Source of the DNA: a virus | Lineage: Duplodnaviria > Caudoviricetes | Reading direction: 5' to 3' (one strand) | IMG/VR virus record: IMGVR_UViG_3300010268_000007 | Coordinates: 1 to 30,490 of that record | DNA: 30,490 nt | In this document: in pieces, positions 19,224-27,996 of the stretch | Layout: every line of letters begins with the position of its first letter | How positions within the stretch are numbered: position 1 is the first letter of the stretch | Program-made: the position numbers and the translations under genes | The notes under the pieces: model-generated | Database searches by the model: none | What the model saw: the letters and a program-made list of their open reading frames with translations, nothing else | Told to the model about the DNA's origin: nothing

Positions 19224-19553
19224 TCACGGTCTTCTTTCATAATTTTGACTTTCATCACGCACAAATATGAAGTCTTCGTCCTCCATACGCCTATAGCAAT
19301 AATCACACCCGAGACTATTAATTATTGGGCAATGCATATAACCGTCTTGATATATCTCAACTGTAGCGAGAATACATTGTTTTACCTTGGAGCCAGTATA
19401 TTCGACAAACTTCATACCATCCGGGCAAGGTTTACTTCCTACCCATTGGTTTGCGCAACGGTGGGATTTAAAGAAAATGCAGCTAAAGCATTTAATCGGT
19501 TTTCGGCTTTCCCATTTTTCGAATAGAGACATTTGCCCCGGCAAGCTATTCAT
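19224..19553 (-). CDS. Cys-rich hypothetical protein
   Basis: GQMSLF N-terminus, several CxxC-like motifs, AT-rich. Confidence 0.6.
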   Translation of the reverse strand: MNSLPGQMSLFEKWESRKPIKCFSCIFFKSHRCANQWVGSKPCPDGMKFVEYTGSKVKQCILATVEIYQDGYMHCPIINSLGCDYCYRRMEDEDFIFVRDESQNYERRP

Positions 19554-19565
19554 TTCGCTGCGACG

Positions 19566-20420
19566 TCACTCCTTCGGGGTTTCGTCCCATGTCCGGCCGT
19601 CCAACATACGGCCGGCTTTCTTTTTGCCTACTTTAGTCATCATTCCGTCATCCTGGCCATCAAGAGATATGACTGATACTGGTTTCTGAAGTCCAGAATA
19701 ATTGTCGCAGGGCGCAAAATCCCCCCAGCTCTTGAAAAAGAACGGCACGCCCGCCTCCTGGCACTGGTCTCTTAGTGACCGGACCCAACGCGGGTGCATC
19801 GGCCTTGCTCCAGGCCCCGTCTCCCCACCGCAGATTACCCAGTCAACCTGCTCAATGTATGTATGCCTTGGGCCTTCGCCGCCAAATGCCCTTCGTAGTT
19901 CTATTGGTCCTAACATCGGTTCAATGCTCACAAACCGCACCGCTGCCGGTATTTGCAGCAATATCGGTATTCGCTCCTCGGCGCGCTGCTGGTTTTCTGT
20001 CGTCACTCCGAGCCAGACATTTTTCCATGGAATGCCCCAGTCCTGATAATCAAGGCTGCATATAAACTGCTTGGCTCTTTCCGGACGCTTTGTTAAGATA
20101 ATGAAAGTATGATGGCGCACCGAAATATGGGTTATGAAGCTGAAAATACAAAAAAGAAAATCATCAGGTACGTAGGGGTGAAATAAATCCCCCATGCTGC
20201 ATACAAACACCTTCCGTGGTTCCTTCCACTTCAAAGGCTCAAAAAGCCTTTCGGGGTGTAGCGTTACCCGGAATGGTTCATCCGCGGGATAGCCGCACCG
20301 GCCGGCAAGCCTTTTTGCCATGCGTGCTGCATAGCAATGTTCGCAGGCTTCCGATATTGGTGTGCAACCGGTGACCGGATTCCAGCTATATTCGGTCCAT
20401 TCAATCCTTGACTGTGCCAT
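19566..20420 (-). CDS. DUF5131 / phage Gp37-Gp68 family protein (radical-SAM-like three-Cys motif)
   Basis: IEWT..SWNPVTGCTPISEACEHCYA, VFVCSMGDLFH, FVSIEPMLG and WVICGGETG motifs. Confidence 0.93.
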   Translation of the reverse strand: MAQSRIEWTEYSWNPVTGCTPISEACEHCYAARMAKRLAGRCGYPADEPFRVTLHPERLFEPLKWKEPRKVFVCSMGDLFHPYVPDDFLFCIFSFITHISVRHHTFIILTKRPERAKQFICSLDYQDWGIPWKNVWLGVTTENQQRAEERIPILLQIPAAVRFVSIEPMLGPIELRRAFGGEGPRHTYIEQVDWVICGGETGPGARPMHPRWVRSLRDQCQEAGVPFFFKSWGDFAPCDNYSGLQKPVSVISLDGQDDGMMTKVGKKKAGRMLDGRTWDETPKE

Positions 20421-21891
20421 CGTCTACTCCTTTCTCCCAAATCCCCTCCGGGAGCGGCGGGCAGGGCATCCAGTACCTTACCTCCGGCGTCATTTGAATT
20501 CGGGCAATGGGGTGCTGCCACTCGGAACCGTTCCAGTAATAGAGCTTTCCGCCATTTTCAGAAAGCGTCCAGTACATGCCGGGCTCCTGCGGATTGCCGA
20601 ACCGCCAGACCTCGGCCCTCCTGCCCGGGTCGTCCGTCTTGCAGAAGAGATATTCCAGCGAGACGCCAAATAACTCTGCAAGGTCAGCAATCTTTTGCGG
20701 AAGTACCCCCGTGTACGGGGTATCAGCATAGATGGAGAGCTTCTCTTCGCCATTCTCGCGCTTAATATAGTCTTCTTCTTGACAATTTTTGAAATAAGAG
20801 TCGCTGTAATAATGGCCTAGTATTTTTATGGCCTCTTCAAGGCTGACGCCGGCAGCGCGGCGGGCCTCGCCGAAGCGAATCCATAGCTCGCGGATATGTT
20901 CAATCTTTGCTTCTTCCTCAGCCTTTTTCTTCTCTCTCTCAGCTTTGTTTTCGGCACGCTGCTTCCGCTTCTCTTCCTGCACCTCATCCCGCAGCTTAGG
21001 GCAGACGGCTTTACAGCTTAGCATTTGACTGCATTTTTTGCAGCAGCCGCTACATGCAGTTTGGTAACCGTTGTACTCTATGTACCTATCCCACATGGCC
21101 TCCCTGTTGGTGCAGGGGTTTCCGTCAGTACATTTAATGGCGAATATCTTTTTATGATTATCATGGAAGGCCTGCACCTTCCATTCTGGCAGATACTTCA
21201 TGTCTTTTTCGACATAAGCCTTGTGGATAAGCTTCTGCAGTTCATCAGTTTCCTTTGCCAGAGCGTAGGCGACCGACTCGTTTATTTCGCCCTTCTCGTA
21301 GAGCTCTTTAAATTCCGGGACCAGTTTGTCCTTTATCACCTTGAGCCTTGCTATCCTTGAGGCGGACACCTTGCAGGCCTCGGCGACATAGTCGCGCATC
21401 CGGCCCGGGAACTCGTATCCCTGTTCCTTCAGTTGGTATAGAAGCATCTCGACGCGCTCGACCTGCTTTGCCTTCTCCGCCGAGGACAGCACTCTGTTGT
21501 CGCTGTTGGCGCGGATAAGCGCGAGCTCGGCCTGCAGCTCGTTGTCGTACCTGTTGACGAGGCAGGGAATATACCCGGCGGCGATGTCGGACGCGAACAG
21601 CTTGCCCTCCCGAATAGGCAGCTTCTCCGCAATTATCTTCTTTAACGCCTCGAAGCGGCGATGCCCCGAGATTATCTCATAGTAGCCCTCGGCCTTTTTG
21701 TTGACTATCAGCGGCGCCTGAAGTCCGTCCATAAGGATGGCGTCGATAAGCCCGTCCAAGTCGCAAATATCGTAGAAATTTTTGTCGTTGGGATGTATCT
21801 GCTCCGCCGGTATCAGCTCAACCGTTCCGCTGTTTCCGGCGTTTACGTCGCCGATAATGGCCGAAAGGTCAAAACCGGCCTTTTTAGCCAC
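20401..21891 (-). CDS. parB: Multi-domain ParB-like protein
   Basis: IHPNDKNFY and YEIISGHRR (CTP-binding patch), central HTH, Cys cluster, XRE-like C-terminal region; directly downstream of parA. Confidence 0.85.
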   Translation of the reverse strand: MAKKAGFDLSAIIGDVNAGNSGTVELIPAEQIHPNDKNFYDICDLDGLIDAILMDGLQAPLIVNKKAEGYYEIISGHRRFEALKKIIAEKLPIREGKLFASDIAAGYIPCLVNRYDNELQAELALIRANSDNRVLSSAEKAKQVERVEMLLYQLKEQGYEFPGRMRDYVAEACKVSASRIARLKVIKDKLVPEFKELYEKGEINESVAYALAKETDELQKLIHKAYVEKDMKYLPEWKVQAFHDNHKKIFAIKCTDGNPCTNREAMWDRYIEYNGYQTACSGCCKKCSQMLSCKAVCPKLRDEVQEEKRKQRAENKAEREKKKAEEEAKIEHIRELWIRFGEARRAAGVSLEEAIKILGHYYSDSYFKNCQEEDYIKRENGEEKLSIYADTPYTGVLPQKIADLAELFGVSLEYLFCKTDDPGRRAEVWRFGNPQEPGMYWTLSENGGKLYYWNGSEWQHPIARIQMTPEVRYWMPCPPLPEGIWEKGVDDGTVKD

Positions 21892-22663
21892 GCTTCACAC
21901 CCCCCGACAGGTATTCCTCAACGAATTTCCGATAATCAATCCCGGCGCCGCTATGCGGGCTGTAGAAGCGAAGAGGTTCCTGCGCGAAGGTCATGCCGTC
22001 GACCCTGCTGGAGCGACGAATTACGGTAAAGAACACCGGCAGGGAACTGCGGCGCAGCTGTTTCTCAGCCTCGGCGATGTTATCGTCCCTGTACCACATG
22101 GTTATAAGGCAGCCGGCAACGCGAAGCCTTGGGTATAGTTTCCGCATGTTAGCCACCTGGCGCATAAGATTGGCCATACCGCGCAGGGAGAAGGCGTCGA
22201 GCTTAATAGGAATGATGACATCGTCGGCGGCCACCAGCGCCGCGGCCGAGGCCGCGCTGAACGCCGGCGGGCAGTTGATGATTATGTAGTCATATTTATC
22301 CTCCTCGGCGGCCGCCGCGGCTAATTCCTTTATCGCGCCGGTGCGGACCTTTTTCGATTCAATCTTGGACAGGTCCAAGTCCATCAGCGCGTCACTGGCG
22401 GGAAGAATATCAAGGTTTTCGTAATCCGTGCGCTGAATCGCCGAATAGACCGAAAAATCGAAGCTGTAGTCGTACCTAAGTATTTCGGCGAGGCTGCAGA
22501 TGGTGGAATCCGCGCCGAAAAAGTCGGTTGCGTTGCACTGGCTGTCGGCGTCTATCAGCAGTACCCACTGCTGATGCTCGCTTGCCAGTATTGCGGCGGT
22601 GTTGATGGCTGTGACCGTCTTCCCCACCCCGCCTTTCAGGTTCACGATAGCAATTGTTCTCAT
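21884..22663 (-). CDS. parA: ParA family ATPase
   Basis: Deviant Walker A KGGVGKT, LLIDADSQCN, YDYIIINCPP. Confidence 0.93.
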   Translation of the reverse strand: MRTIAIVNLKGGVGKTVTAINTAAILASEHQQWVLLIDADSQCNATDFFGADSTICSLAEILRYDYSFDFSVYSAIQRTDYENLDILPASDALMDLDLSKIESKKVRTGAIKELAAAAAEEDKYDYIIINCPPAFSAASAAALVAADDVIIPIKLDAFSLRGMANLMRQVANMRKLYPRLRVAGCLITMWYRDDNIAEAEKQLRRSSLPVFFTVIRRSSRVDGMTFAQEPLRFYSPHSGAGIDYRKFVEEYLSGGVKRG

Positions 22664-22708
22664 GTGTGATGGCTCCTTCTGTCATAGTTTTTTAGTATGT
22701 AACCGATT

Positions 22709-23122
22709 TCATCGGCCAACGGCCGCTGTGCTCTTATTTGCAGGGAGGTTATTGTTCTTGCGCCAGTTGTAAACCGACGCTGCGCTTATCCCGCAAGCTT
22801 TACCAATAGCGGGGTCCGATAAACCCTGCCGGTATAGCTCAAGCGCTTTTCTGGTGTCGAAAGTATATCTGCGCTTGCGCTTTTTCAGCCTCTTGCGCAG
22901 TATGGGGAGCCCGGAGACAACGTCGATTTCGGCCGGGTGCTTCTCGGGCTTTTTAAGGGCCGTATGCTCGGTGCATCCCTGCCCGCCCGGGCAGGGGCGG
23001 CGGTGCCCTGTAATAAGGAAGTAATCGCAGGAGGGTGTGGCTCTGCTCATATAATCGCAGCCTCCCATGCTTCGACAATATTCAAGGTAGGAGTCTTCAG
23101 CTTTGCTTGCCATTCTCATCAC
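22709..23122 (-). CDS. Cys-rich protein with C-terminal HTH
   Basis: CDYFLITGHRRPC; LYRQGLSDPAIGKACGISAASVYNWR. Confidence 0.75.
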   Translation of the reverse strand: MMRMASKAEDSYLEYCRSMGGCDYMSRATPSCDYFLITGHRRPCPGGQGCTEHTALKKPEKHPAEIDVVSGLPILRKRLKKRKRRYTFDTRKALELYRQGLSDPAIGKACGISAASVYNWRKNNNLPANKSTAAVGR

Positions 23123-23258
23123 TCCCCGTCCTCAGAACTTCTAACAGAGCCTCCGCCACCTCTATGTGGTAATCCTTAAGGGCTTTGTCGCATATCTTAG
23201 CCAAGGCGATATGCCGAGCTATCTCGGCGTCAATCAGCCTTTTCTGTCTTTCGGTCAT
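23097..23258 (-). CDS. Small hypothetical protein
   Basis: ATG 23258 after an AAGGGG SD; operon orientation. Confidence 0.55.
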   Translation of the reverse strand: MTERQKRLIDAEIARHIALAKICDKALKDYHIEVAEALLEVLRTGSDENGKQS

Positions 23259-23271
23259 AATCTGCGCCCCC

Positions 23272-24612
23272 TTAGAATGGGATGTCTGTATCATCGTCCA
23301 AGTCAGTAAACTCCATCTGCTTGGGTTCCGTTTCCTTTTCGGCCCTCTCCTTCGCCTTAATCTCGGCGTTTATCCGGCTGAGTTCTGCGGCAAGCGAGGG
23401 CTTGACCGGCATCAGCGTCTGCGTGGCGCCGTCAAACTGCAGCTCGAGCTTTAGCTTTTCGCCCTCCTTGTTTTTAGCAACCTTGAGTATTCTGTTGGAC
23501 CTATTGTCATTGATGTCAACCGGCCATAGGAGCATGGCGACGTCGGCGTCCTGTTCAATCTGGCCCGACTCGCGGAAGGAGGCCATTGTGGGCGGCTGAG
23601 GCTTGCCCTTGGACTTGTCCGGTCGTGAAAGCTGCGCAAGGGCGATTACGGTTATGCCGTGGTGCTGGGCCATAGTATGGAGGTCCTTCGATATGTTTGT
23701 GACCTCCTCATACCGGTCCTTTCCCCTCGACACGACCAGCTGCAGGTAGTCGACAAAGATAACCTGATATCTCTGATTAAGCGACAGGGCCTGGATGTCG
23801 CGGACCGTCATGCCAGCAGCGTTGATAAAGTCAAGCTGCAGCTTGCTCAGTTCCGCCGCTGCGGTGCTTATTGCCTTCCACTGGTCCTCGCTCAGCGCGC
23901 GCCGCTTAATATCGGGGAGAGGCATTTTCGCCATATGCGCCATAAGGCGGTCGGATAGCTTGCGGAAATTGGTTTCTAACGAAAAATACCCTACCCGGTA
24001 CTTTGCCGCCATTCCGACCGCGAACTGCAGCGACAGGAGCGTCTTGCCGCTTGATGGATAGCCGCCAATTATGACGAAGTCGCCCATCTCCACAAAGAGC
24101 CCTTCGTCCAGCGCCTTGATACCCCATTTCAGGTACTTGGGCTTCTCTTTCTCTTTTAAGCGCCTGTAAAATTCCGAGGCCGCCTCGGCTGCAGCAATAA
24201 GCTCGATTTTATTACGGCTCACCATCAGCGCGTTAATGTCGTCGATAATCTTGTTGGCGGCCTCCATGTCCTGGGCTTCCGCAAGGCTAATGCCCCGGCG
24301 CTGGACCTCAAACAGCCTGCTCTGCTCCAGCAGTAAATCGCAGTAATACAGCACGTCCTCCGTATAGTATTTGAGCACCTCGTCAATTGCGACCTCGTAG
24401 TCCTCGCCGGCCTCGGCCAGAACGGTAACCGGGTCAATCGGCGCGCCGGCAAAGTGCAGCTTGCTAATCGCGCTGAATAGGCCGCGGGTGGCCACGCTGT
24501 CAAAATGCCTGGGCTGCAGCTTGGTCATTACTTCGCCGACGCAGGCAGGATTTCTGAGCATGGTCCCGAGAATGGTGTAGCGGACGCGGTTGAGGTTGTT
24601 TTCATCGACCAT
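23272..24612 (-). CDS. dnaB: DnaB-like replicative helicase
   Basis: GGYPSSGKT, FSLE, IFVDYLQL, LAQLSR, FRESGQIEQDAD and AKNKEG motifs; ATG 24612 coupled to the upstream stop. Confidence 0.95.
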   Translation of the reverse strand: MVDENNLNRVRYTILGTMLRNPACVGEVMTKLQPRHFDSVATRGLFSAISKLHFAGAPIDPVTVLAEAGEDYEVAIDEVLKYYTEDVLYYCDLLLEQSRLFEVQRRGISLAEAQDMEAANKIIDDINALMVSRNKIELIAAAEAASEFYRRLKEKEKPKYLKWGIKALDEGLFVEMGDFVIIGGYPSSGKTLLSLQFAVGMAAKYRVGYFSLETNFRKLSDRLMAHMAKMPLPDIKRRALSEDQWKAISTAAAELSKLQLDFINAAGMTVRDIQALSLNQRYQVIFVDYLQLVVSRGKDRYEEVTNISKDLHTMAQHHGITVIALAQLSRPDKSKGKPQPPTMASFRESGQIEQDADVAMLLWPVDINDNRSNRILKVAKNKEGEKLKLELQFDGATQTLMPVKPSLAAELSRINAEIKAKERAEKETEPKQMEFTDLDDDTDIPF

Positions 24613-25391
24613 CAAATTACCTCCTCGTCCTCCGCCCAGCTGCCGCAACCGTCCGAAACAATTTGCTTCGGCGGGGCCTTGATTTCATCCTCAAAGCGGC
24701 GCTGATTAAGCCAGGTCGAGGCGTACGGGATGCCTATTCCGCGCTGCCACTCTTCGGAGGCCATCTGCCTCTTGAGGGCAATGGCCATTTGGTCTATAAG
24801 CTCGTCGCTCGGCTTTAGCTTGTCCCAGGCTCTAATCGCAGCCTGCTTAGCCTCGCCACGCGGATAATATCTCCAGAACTTCTCGAAACGCTCCGGTTTC
24901 CAATCAGGAGCCTTTTTGGGTTCCCTGCGCTGACGTCCCCCTTGGGGGACTATAGGGGGTATATTGTTAATATTATTTGTATTATTCTCCTCCCGATTTT
25001 TCGGGAGAGGACTCTCCTGATTTTTCGGGGGAGGTGTCTCCCGATTTTTCGGGAGAGGGGTATCCGGATTTTTCGGGAGAGGTATGTCGTCTAAGGATAC
25101 GGGCTTGTCGACCCATATCCTGCGCTCCTTGACCTCGTTTTTTTCATCGCGGATTATTTCGACGAAAATGTGACCCCGACGTGCAAGCGAGCTTATCAGC
25201 TCGCTTATTGTCTTAATTGTCAGGTTGTATAGCTTTGCAAAATACTCATTCGGTGCCCAACAATAGCCGGTAGCATCGGCCAGAGCGCATATCTCCGCAT
25301 AGAGAAGCTTTGCGTTCGGCCGAAGCTCCTTGTCATATCTCACCCGAGCAGGAAGCACCGTCCAGTATGCGGGCTTGCGTTCTTCAGGCAT
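24612..25391 (-). CDS. Phage replication initiator (N-terminal winged HTH, replisome-organiser type)
   Basis: AKLLYAEI...GYCWAPNEYFA, internal PKN repeats, FEKFWRYYP...YASTWLNQRRFED; ATG 25391. Confidence 0.88.
   Translation of the reverse strand: MPEERKPAYWTVLPARVRYDKELRPNAKLLYAEICALADATGYCWAPNEYFAKLYNLTIKTISELISSLARRGHIFVEIIRDEKNEVKERRIWVDKPVSLDDIPLPKNPDTPLPKNRETPPPKNQESPLPKNREENNTNNINNIPPIVPQGGRQRREPKKAPDWKPERFEKFWRYYPRGEAKQAAIRAWDKLKPSDELIDQMAIALKRQMASEEWQRGIGIPYASTWLNQRRFEDEIKAPPKQIVSDGCGSWAEDEEVI
24961..25082. repeat. Putative replication origin: four 24-bp-period iterons plus an AT-rich tract
   Basis: CTCCCGA-TTTT-TCGGGAG-like units at 24990, 25014, 25038 and 25062; AT-rich 24961-24986. 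Confidence 0.85.
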
Positions 25392-25519
25392 TAAAACGCC
25401 CCCTTGCAATTACTGGTACAATGCTGTATAATATATTTGTTCTCATGTGGTGTATGGCCACAGGCCCTTGCAGATGTACCCGCATCTGCAGGGGCTTTTT
25501 CTTTATGTAGCTGCTTCAT
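25391..25519 (-). CDS. 42-aa bridging ORF (MKQLHKEKAPADAG...CKGAF)
   Basis: ATGA overlap with the upstream gene and TAATG overlap with the initiator. Confidence 0.55.
   Translation of the reverse strand: MKQLHKEKAPADAGTSARACGHTPHENKYIIQHCTSNCKGAF
25404..25432 (+). promoter_or_regulatory. Sigma-A promoter, antisense to the early operon
   Basis: TTGCAA-17 bp-TATAAT. Confidence 0.8.
25439..25504 (+). ncRNA. Predicted ~65-nt antisense RNA (OOP-like)
   Basis: Near-consensus promoter followed by a 13-bp stem (25464-25495) and T tract. Confidence 0.65.
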
Positions 25520-25977
25520 TTGCGGTCGCCTCCCTTTTTGCTGTAGAGCATTTCAAAATAGGCCTTATTCGCACGTGCGGCTATGGATAGAATATCTTCG
25601 TAGACTTCCCTCTCGACCTCATCGATTTTTCCATCGGCGACCATGCGCAGGAGCGTGCGGTCGACTTTTTTATCGATTAATTCAAGCAAGCAGCATATGT
25701 ACTCGGCCGCAGCCTCGGATAAAGGCCGCCCGACCTCGAACTCCGGGAGTAAATGGTTAAGGGCATTGGTCTGCTCCCTGAGATACACTCCCGGCAGCCA
25801 GGGCGCGTCAAGGCATACCTGCAGCGTATCGAGCGCCTCAAGAGACGCTATCCTTGCGCCGCTCTCCCAGGCGCGGATACTGTCGACAGAATATCCGGCG
25901 CGTTCGGCCAGTGCTTCTTGGGTTAAACCTTTACAAATTCTCGCTCTTTGAATCGCATTTGGCTTATTTTGGTACAT
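25516..25977 (-). CDS. XRE-HTH regulator, CII-like position
   Basis: ARICKGLTQEALAE...IRAWESG; C-terminal ADGKIDEVE. Confidence 0.85.
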   Translation of the reverse strand: MYQNKPNAIQRARICKGLTQEALAERAGYSVDSIRAWESGARIASLEALDTLQVCLDAPWLPGVYLREQTNALNHLLPEFEVGRPLSEAAAEYICCLLELIDKKVDRTLLRMVADGKIDEVEREVYEDILSIAARANKAYFEMLYSKKGGDRK

Positions 25978-26070
25978 GGAAAAACCTCCTAATCTGGAGT
26001 ATGATAAACTCGCAGGAAAATAGGCTTGTCCTAATTTGTTCCGAGCGCCGCCCTCGGCGACAGCTCTCTG

Positions 26071-26256
26071 TCAGGACACCTGTTTTTCGAGCCTTTCCAA
26101 CTTTCTGCGCTCTTCTATCTCTTTGCGGCGATGAAAATAATAGATTTCGGACATTCGCCGCTTTATCTCCTCGTATTCCTCCCGAGTTTTTACAACATAA
26201 TCATCATGGATTACGATGCGGCAGTCGCCGCTCATGTAGTCAGCTATTATCGCCAC
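26071..26256 (-). CDS. Small hypothetical early protein
   Basis: ORF in operon orientation, charged helical C-terminus. Confidence 0.6.
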   Translation of the reverse strand: MAIIADYMSGDCRIVIHDDYVVKTREEYEEIKRRMSEIYYFHRRKEIEERRKLERLEKQVS

Positions 26257-26314
26257 TTCATCCGCCCCCTTTTAACTTGGTAGTAAATGATATGCGCCGG
26301 GGCTTTCCCATTTG

Positions 26315-26536
26315 TCAGCAGGCTTCGGTTATTTCCTGCATAGTGATGGAGCCGTCTTTGTGATAAGTTACCAGATAATGATTTTGGGCGCGATAAGTCA
26401 GCCTAACATGGCTTCTGTCCAAGAAGGCAATACCAGAAAGCCTTGCGCAATCCACGTTTTCCCTTATCCACCGCAAAATGCGTTGCTGTTCAATGGTCTG
26501 GCCTTGCGACATTAGTGATTTGGGCAACGGTTTCAT
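26315..26536 (-). CDS. Small hypothetical early protein
   Basis: AAGGAG SD and ATG 26536 just after the cro-like gene. Confidence 0.6.
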   Translation of the reverse strand: MKPLPKSLMSQGQTIEQQRILRWIRENVDCARLSGIAFLDRSHVRLTYRAQNHYLVTYHKDGSITMQEITEAC

Positions 26537-26552
26537 TTCTTGTTCTCCTTCC

Positions 26553-26771
26553 TTATGCTGTTTCAGCACATGAATCAGACGGACTCTTATACAGGTCATC
26601 GATTGTACAGCCAAGTATTTCGGCTAAAAGCGGAAGCTTATCGCTTGGTACTTTACGCACCCCTGCTTCCCACATGGCTACAATTGACGGGGTATTGTAA
26701 CCCAAAACCTCAGAAAGCTGCGCTTGTGTTAGTCCTTTCTGCACGCGCAGCCTTTTAATGTTATCTTTCAA
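26553..26771 (-). CDS. Cro-like XRE-HTH regulator
   Basis: IKRLRVQKGLTQAQLS...VAMWEAG...LGCTIDDLY; divergent from the repressor. Confidence 0.9.
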   Translation of the reverse strand: MKDNIKRLRVQKGLTQAQLSEVLGYNTPSIVAMWEAGVRKVPSDKLPLLAEILGCTIDDLYKSPSDSCAETA

Positions 26772-26796
26772 GCATTTACCCCCTTCCTGTTATTGG

Positions 26797-26910
26797 TTTC
26801 ACATTACGTGAGATAAATATATATCACTTCGTGAGATATGTCAAGAGCAAATCAACATTTCGTGAGAATTATTATATTTGCTTGTGTCGTTTCACTGATT
26901 GTGATATTTT
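26797..26910. promoter_or_regulatory. Lysis-lysogeny switch: divergent promoters and operator-like sites
   Basis: Leftward TTGACA (26844-26839)-17-TATATT (26821-26816); rightward TTGTGT (26882)-17-TATTTT (26905); TCAC-N5-GTGA at ~26799 and ~26892; CGTGAGA at 26807, 26830 and 26861. Confidence 0.75.
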
Positions 26911-26936
26911 TCATTTAATGGAAGGAGCGTGTTAAG

Positions 26937-27290
26937 TTGTTTGCCGACAAACTTCGTGAATTAAGAAAAGCTAAAGGATTAACCCAGCCTGAGTTCGCCA
27001 AGGCATTTAATGTCGCATTTGGAACCGTATCAATGTGGGAAACAGGCAAACGACAGCCCGACTTTCAGACACTGACAAGATTGGCTGAGTTTTTCGGGGT
27101 TACTACTGATTACTTACTAGACCGTGAAAATAAAAAAAGCTCCGCCGCCACGGAGCTTAAAGATGTATATTTCAACTTTGCCAAACGAGCCCAGGACAAC
27201 GGCCTCGACCCGGAAGATATTGAAATGATTCTAACTCTGGTTGAGAGGATGAAAAAGAAAAAGTCCGATGACCAAAAAGGAACTTTATGA
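26937..27290 (+). CDS. CI/ImmR-like XRE repressor
   Basis: LRELRKAKGLTQ...VSMWETGKRQP...FFGVTTDYLL; GAAGGAG SD. Confidence 0.92.
   Translation: MFADKLRELRKAKGLTQPEFAKAFNVAFGTVSMWETGKRQPDFQTLTRLAEFFGVTTDYLLDRENKKSSAATELKDVYFNFAKRAQDNGLDPEDIEMILTLVERMKKKKSDDQKGTL
27127..27158 (-). terminator. Antisense-direction intrinsic terminator inside the repressor gene
   Basis: AAGCTCCG-N6-CGGAGCTT (27137-27158), followed on the minus strand by TTTTTATTTT. Confidence 0.55.
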
Positions 27291-27966
27291 TAGAGTCGAA
27301 CAAATTCGCGAGCGTATGGGCATAAAGCCGGAGCACTATCCTTTAGACTCCGTTAACATATGCGACAGGGTGAAATCGCTAACGGTAGATTATCTGCCGT
27401 TCAAAACTCCCGGGCTGCAAGGCGTGATACTGCTTCAGAGAGACTGCGACAGCCTAATAATCCTTAATTCCAAGCGAAACCGGGTCGAGCAGAATTTTTA
27501 TTGCGCTCACGAATTGGCACATTTCATACTACATAGAAATCATCCCTCCCAAAGCTTCCAGTGCTTTGACAGAATCAGGGACAAGCAGAACGCATTTCAG
27601 GAGTGGCAGGCTAACGAATGGGCTGCCGAATTTTTGGTCCCATATCGGCTTTTCATTCCGGAGCTCTTTAAAAGACTGGATTGGAACCTGCCTCCTGAAG
27701 TCGACTTCTATTCTCCTGTCGCTGATGACAGATTTCCTCTGATACGACAGGAGCTGGCTAGATTGTTCGGGGTTTCCGAGCGTGTTATCCGTAACCGCAT
27801 AGAATCGCTTAAATTCGAAATCTTGCAGCATTACTACGGAGAAGATATATCCGAAATCAGGGTATTATCACTTACCCAGCAGCAGAAACGCGGCATAAAG
27901 GTATTATCTATGAATGAACCTGAAAAGCCTTTTAAGCTTAATAGAAAAGCTCTAGACATTATCTGA
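27268..27966 (+). CDS. ImmA/IrrE family metallo-endopeptidase (anti-repressor)
   Basis: AHELAH zinc motif, EWQANEWAAEFLVP, LARLFGVS; overlaps the repressor. Confidence 0.92.
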   Translation: MTKKELYDRVEQIRERMGIKPEHYPLDSVNICDRVKSLTVDYLPFKTPGLQGVILLQRDCDSLIILNSKRNRVEQNFYCAHELAHFILHRNHPSQSFQCFDRIRDKQNAFQEWQANEWAAEFLVPYRLFIPELFKRLDWNLPPEVDFYSPVADDRFPLIRQELARLFGVSERVIRNRIESLKFEILQHYYGEDISEIRVLSLTQQQKRGIKVLSMNEPEKPFKLNRKALDII

Positions 27967-27996
27967 ACTTATTAATTCGATAAGGGGATAGAGATT

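Noticed and set aside
24990-25079. 24-bp-period repeats as a CRISPR array
   Set aside because: No unique spacers, in frame within the initiator gene, and no cas genes; they fit iterons
26795-26813. GTTTCACATTACGTGAGA as a host parS
   Set aside because: Spacing does not fit TGTTTCACGTGAAACA; better explained as a repressor operator
26937-27966. XRE plus HEXXH pair as a toxin-antitoxin or defence system
   Set aside because: Context (divergent cro, downstream integrase) matches ImmR/ImmA induction control
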